Source: the human T2T-CHM13v2.0 reference genome, Homo sapiens
NCBI RefSeq assembly: GCF_009914755.1
Contig: NC_060930.1
Strand: one strand, 5' to 3'
DNA length: 64,000 bases
The position numbers and the translations under genes were made by a program. This document shows positions 60,010 to 64,000 of this stretch, piece by piece (position 1 is the stretch's first letter; each line of letters begins with the position of its first letter). The notes under the pieces are model-generated. The model saw nothing but the letters and a program-made list of their open reading frames with translations, did no database searches and had not been told where the DNA came from.

Positions 60010-60955
60010 AGTTAGAGACCGTTGCAATAACCCAGGTAAGAAATGATGACAACTTAAGGCAGTGGCAGTACAGCTAAAGAAGATGGAACAGATCAAGGAA
60101 CATCTAAACAGTAACCATAGAACCATGCTTATGTTAACTGAGCACTTTCTATGTGGCGGGCATTGAATAAAATGTGCATTATCTCATTCAATCTTTGCAA
60201 CAACCTAATGAGGTAGGAACTGTTATCCCTTCTATTTTACATGTGCAGAAACAGACTCAGAGTCATTAAGAAATTTGCCCAAAGTAAGTGGCAGAGCTGG
60301 GATTTGAGCCCAGGCAGTCTGACTTCAAAGCTTATATTTTTAGTCTCTAGGCCTTACTGTCTCAAATCAGGATGATTTGGTGGTTTAGTGAATGTGGGAT
60401 AGGGGGAAGGGGAAGAAGAGAAATGGGGGAGGAATGTTCCAGATTAGGGAAATAGATAGCTAGATGAAAGATGGAGCCCCTCATCAAGGTGAGGACACAG
60501 GAAAAGGAACAGGTTTGGGAGGAAGGATGGTGATTTGGTTGTGAATACATTGATGGGGGACATCCAAGGAAGATGTCTGGTAGGTGGTTGGGTGTTTAAA
60601 TATAGAGCTTCAGAGAACGTGATTGAGGGTAAAGAAGTAGACTCAGAGGAATCTGTATCTAGGCAGCAGAGGAGCATGTGAGCAGAAGGGAGGGGGAGCA
60701 CTGAGATCTAGAGAAGAAAATGAGCAGAGAAGATGCCCAAAAACCTCAAGGACCTGCAACATTTAAGGTGTCAGTGAAAAAAGCATTCAGTGGAAGAAAG
60801 GAATCGTCCAAGGGATGGTTAGGAGAATGAGGAGAGAATGGCTCACAGGAACCAAGGAGGAGGAATTTTGAGGGAGGGATGGTAGCAGGGCCCAGTGCAA
60901 CAGAGAAATCATGTAAAGGAAGAGTCAAAAAGTTACTATTGCATTTGGCAATTAC
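60010..60955. mobile_element. L2 with an inserted MIR (~60125-60350)
   Basis: gttgcaataacccaggtaagaaatgatg; MIR ttacatgtgcagaaacagactcagag...ggcagagctgggatttgagcccaggcagtctgacttc; gacatccaaggaagatgtc. Confidence 0.7.
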
Positions 60956-60959
60956 GTCA

Positions 60960-62292
60960 ATGTAAAACCAGCCGGTGGGAGTGCAACATGGTACAGACAT
61001 GTTAGAACAGGGGTCCCTAACCCCCAGACCGTGGACCAGTACTTGTCCGTGGCCTGTTAGGAACCTTGCCACACAGCAGGAGGTGAGCAGCAGGCAAGCA
61101 GGTGAAACTTCATCTGTATTTACAGCTGCTCCCCATCACTTGCATTACTGCCTGAGCTCCCCCTCCTGTCAGATCAGCGGCAGCGTTAGATTCTTATAGG
61201 AGTGTGAACCCTACTGTGAACTGCACATGTAAGGGATCTGGGTCATGTTCTCCTTATGAAAATCTAATGCCTGATGATCTGTCACTGTCTCCTGTCACCC
61301 CCATATGGAACTATCTAGTTGCAGGAAAACAAGCTCAGGGTTCCCACCAATTCTACATTATGGTGAGTTGTATAATTATTTCATCATATATTATAATGTA
61401 ATAATAGAAATAAAGTGTACCATAAATGTAATGTGCTTGGATCATCCTGAAACCATTGTTCCCCACTGCTGAGTTTGTGGAAAAACTGTCTTCCATTAAA
61501 CTGGTCTTTGGTGCCAAAAAGTTTGAGGACTGCTGTGTTAGAAGACAGTATAGACATTTCTTACAAAGCTAAACGCTGTGCTGCCATATTACCCAGCAAT
61601 TGTACTCCTTGTTATTTATGCAAATGAGATGGAACTTATGTCCACACAAACCTGCACATGAATGTTTATAGCATTTTTATTTGTAATTGCTGAAACTTGG
61701 AAGCAACCAAAATGTCCTTCAGTAGATGAATAGAAAAGCAAATTGTGGTACAATGGAATATTATGGTATACAATGGAATATTATTCAGCACCAGAAAGAA
61801 ATGAGCCATGAAAAGGCAAGGAGGAACCTTAAATGCATATTACTAGGGGAAATAAGCCGGTCTGAAAAGGCTACACACTGTATGATTCCAGCCACACAGA
61901 ATTATAGAAAAAGCAAAACTCTGGAGAGAGTAAAAAGATCAGTGGTTGCCGGGAGCTTTGGGGCAAGAGAGGGATGAATAGGCAGAGCACAGGGGAGTTT
62001 TAGGGCAGTGAAACTACTCTTTGTGGTACTTTAATGGCAGATGCATGGTATTATTCATTTGTCAAAACCCATGGAACTGTACAACACAGAGTGAACCCTA
62101 ATGCAAACCACAGACTCTAGTTAATAATACTGTATCAATATTGACTCATCAATTGTAACAAATGTATCACACTAATACAAGATGTTATTAAAAGGGAAAT
62201 CTGTAGGGGTGGGGGTGGGCAAAGGGCTATATGAGAACTCTGAACTTTCTGCCCAATTTTTCTGTAAACTTAAAATCGCTCTAAAAGTCTAT
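60960..62292 (+). mobile_element. L1MC1/2-like 3' end, split by MER1A
   Basis: ggtgggagtgcaacatggtacag...acccagcaattgtactcc...tttgtcaaaacccatggaactgtacaacacagagtgaaccctaatg...ttctgtaaacttaaaa. Confidence 0.88.
61008..61535. mobile_element. MER1A (hAT/Charlie MITE)
   Basis: caggggtccctaacc...gtttgaggactgctg, 528 bp; 8-bp TSD tgttagaa at 61000-61007 and 61536-61543. Confidence 0.93.
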
Positions 62293-63539
62293 CAGTGAAG
62301 ATAAAAAGGAGAGGAAAGGATGGAATAGAAGAAATAAATGAAGGAGGAAACAGGGCAGGAAGAAAGAGAAAGCCGTGCATATACAATCTTGAGAGTGTAG
62401 CATAAAACCATAATTATAATTAATTCTGTATGCTTGTGTTACAAGTAGAACAAAAATATGACTAGCCACTCTTCTTGCCAACTCCTAGGGCTCTCCATCA
62501 CAAGTGTAAGATGCAGTTCAAGTAATTTGGCATGATGTGAAAATTTTTCACTGCCTGACTGCCACCTCATTTTCTAACACCATCACTGGTCTTTGCCGTG
62601 TTACAAGCTCCAGCTGCAGTTGTCTCTTTGCCTTTCTTTGCTACTCATGACACATACTTTCAGACCACTCTGCCTTTTTGCTCTTGCTGTTTCCTCTGCC
62701 TGTGTCTTCTCCCCTTCTAACCTAACCAGATCCTACCTCCTCTAACACACTACCTTCTCTGTGAAAACTTTCCTGACCTCCTTTCACCCCAGCACAGCAA
62801 GCAAGAATGATCCCTCTCCCAGTTTCCACAGTTCCTTATGCCCATCTCTTCAATATATGCTTGGTACTCCACAAAATAAATAACAAAAATGGTTTCAGTG
62901 GAAAAACTGGGGACAGAAAAGCCAGATCAGAGCAGATTTAAGCAATGGGTAGAAATTGAGATTTGAGTACATAGAATTGGTTTTATTGTGATGCTGTGTT
63001 AATTATTTTGATTTGTCTTTAGCATTTGGATCTTTACCTAACAGGGGTTGAGGGTGGTGAGAAGAAATTCCCAGAGTGGCCGTGGTGCTGTCCAATGCTC
63101 TGGTGCTGACAGGCCTGTCTCACTGAATAAAGGATGCCTCTAGAGTGATAATTTTTTTGGCCCCAGAAACTGTAGTCCTCTATTTTGAGGGGGAAGGGAG
63201 AGAGGAGAAAGACCATGTCCCTTCTCTGCTATCTTTTGGAGGGTCTGGAGCCAGAGCCTGCCTCATCTATTTGGAAAGGAAAAAGATTAGTTGACTAGGT
63301 GAGTACCTCATATATTTCTTACGGGATCACAGGCTCCTGAAGACCAATTGATGACTAAAAATAAATTGATTATTGGTTTTTCTGTCATTCATTAAATGGA
63401 CATTAAAGGCCATCTGTGTTCCCGGCACCATGATAGGCTCTGGGGATACAAGATGACCAAAACGGGGTTCCTGCCACAAGGAGTTCATATAACCAGGGAG
63501 ACCAACCTTGAGCCTATAACAGCAATTATGCTTGAGCTA

Positions 63540-63907
63540 CCATGTCTGCTTGAGCTACCATAACAAAATACCACACACTGGGTGGCTTAAACAACAGAAA
63601 TTTATTTTCTTCCAGTTCTACTTTCCAGTTCTTCTGGCTAGAAGTCCCAGATCAAAGTCCAGCAGGGTTCAGTTTCGGGTGATGGCTGTCTTCTTGGCTT
63701 GCAGATGGGCTGTTTTGTCCTCACATGGCTGTTCTTCTGTGTGTGCACACTCAGAGTACGTGTGCAAGCATGAGTGCGCTAATTCTATCAGATCAGGGCT
63801 CCACCTTTATGACCAAATTCACCTTAATTATCTCCTATTTCCAAATACAGTCACACTGGGGGTGTGGGCTTCAACATATGAATTGGGGGACGCAATTCAG
63901 TTCATAG
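63540..63907 (-). mobile_element. MLT1A-type LTR
   Basis: ccataacaaaataccacacactgggtggcttaaacaacagaaatttatt...cttcaacatatgaattgggggacgcaattcag. Confidence 0.88.
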
Positions 63908-63935
63908 CAGAAGCTTATAGAAAACTGTAGGTGCT

Positions 63936-64000
63936 GGCTGGGCACGGTGGCTCACGCCTATAATCCCAGCACTTTGGGAGGCTGAGGCGTTTGGATCACC
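63936..64000 (+). mobile_element. Alu 5' end (runs off window)
   Basis: ggctgggcacggtggctcacgcctataatcccagcactttgggaggctgagg. Confidence 0.95.

Overview
Primate genomic DNA, most likely human (AluJ/S/Y, L1M/L1P, L2, MIR, MaLR/ERVL LTRs, Tigger1 and hAT elements, CpG-depleted background). It reads as a long intronic/intergenic stretch dominated by fossil transposons. I see no intact protein-coding gene, rRNA/tRNA gene or CRISPR array. The ORF-track hits are Alu read-throughs, decayed TE coding remnants (Tigger1 transposase, L1 ORF2, ERVL gag/pro) or chance ORFs. The best gene-like signal is a tight cluster of five small + strand exon candidates at 366-2105 with consensus splice sites and no long spliced ORF. 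It suggests a lncRNA, UTR or micropeptide transcript whose long intron covers much of the window; I cannot name the gene. Other notable structures: a 26-bp near-perfect hairpin (3722-3811), a 5x40-bp minisatellite born inside an MLT1 LTR, two fold-back inversions inside an L1PB 3' UTR, deeply nested TE stacks, a near-full-length Tigger1, an LTR-less ERVL internal fragment, close inverted Alu pairs and several motif-dense non-repetitive blocks that may be enhancers. I found no convincing evidence of a new biological system. Repeat subfamily calls come from recalled consensus sequences, and boundaries without a quoted TSD are approximate.
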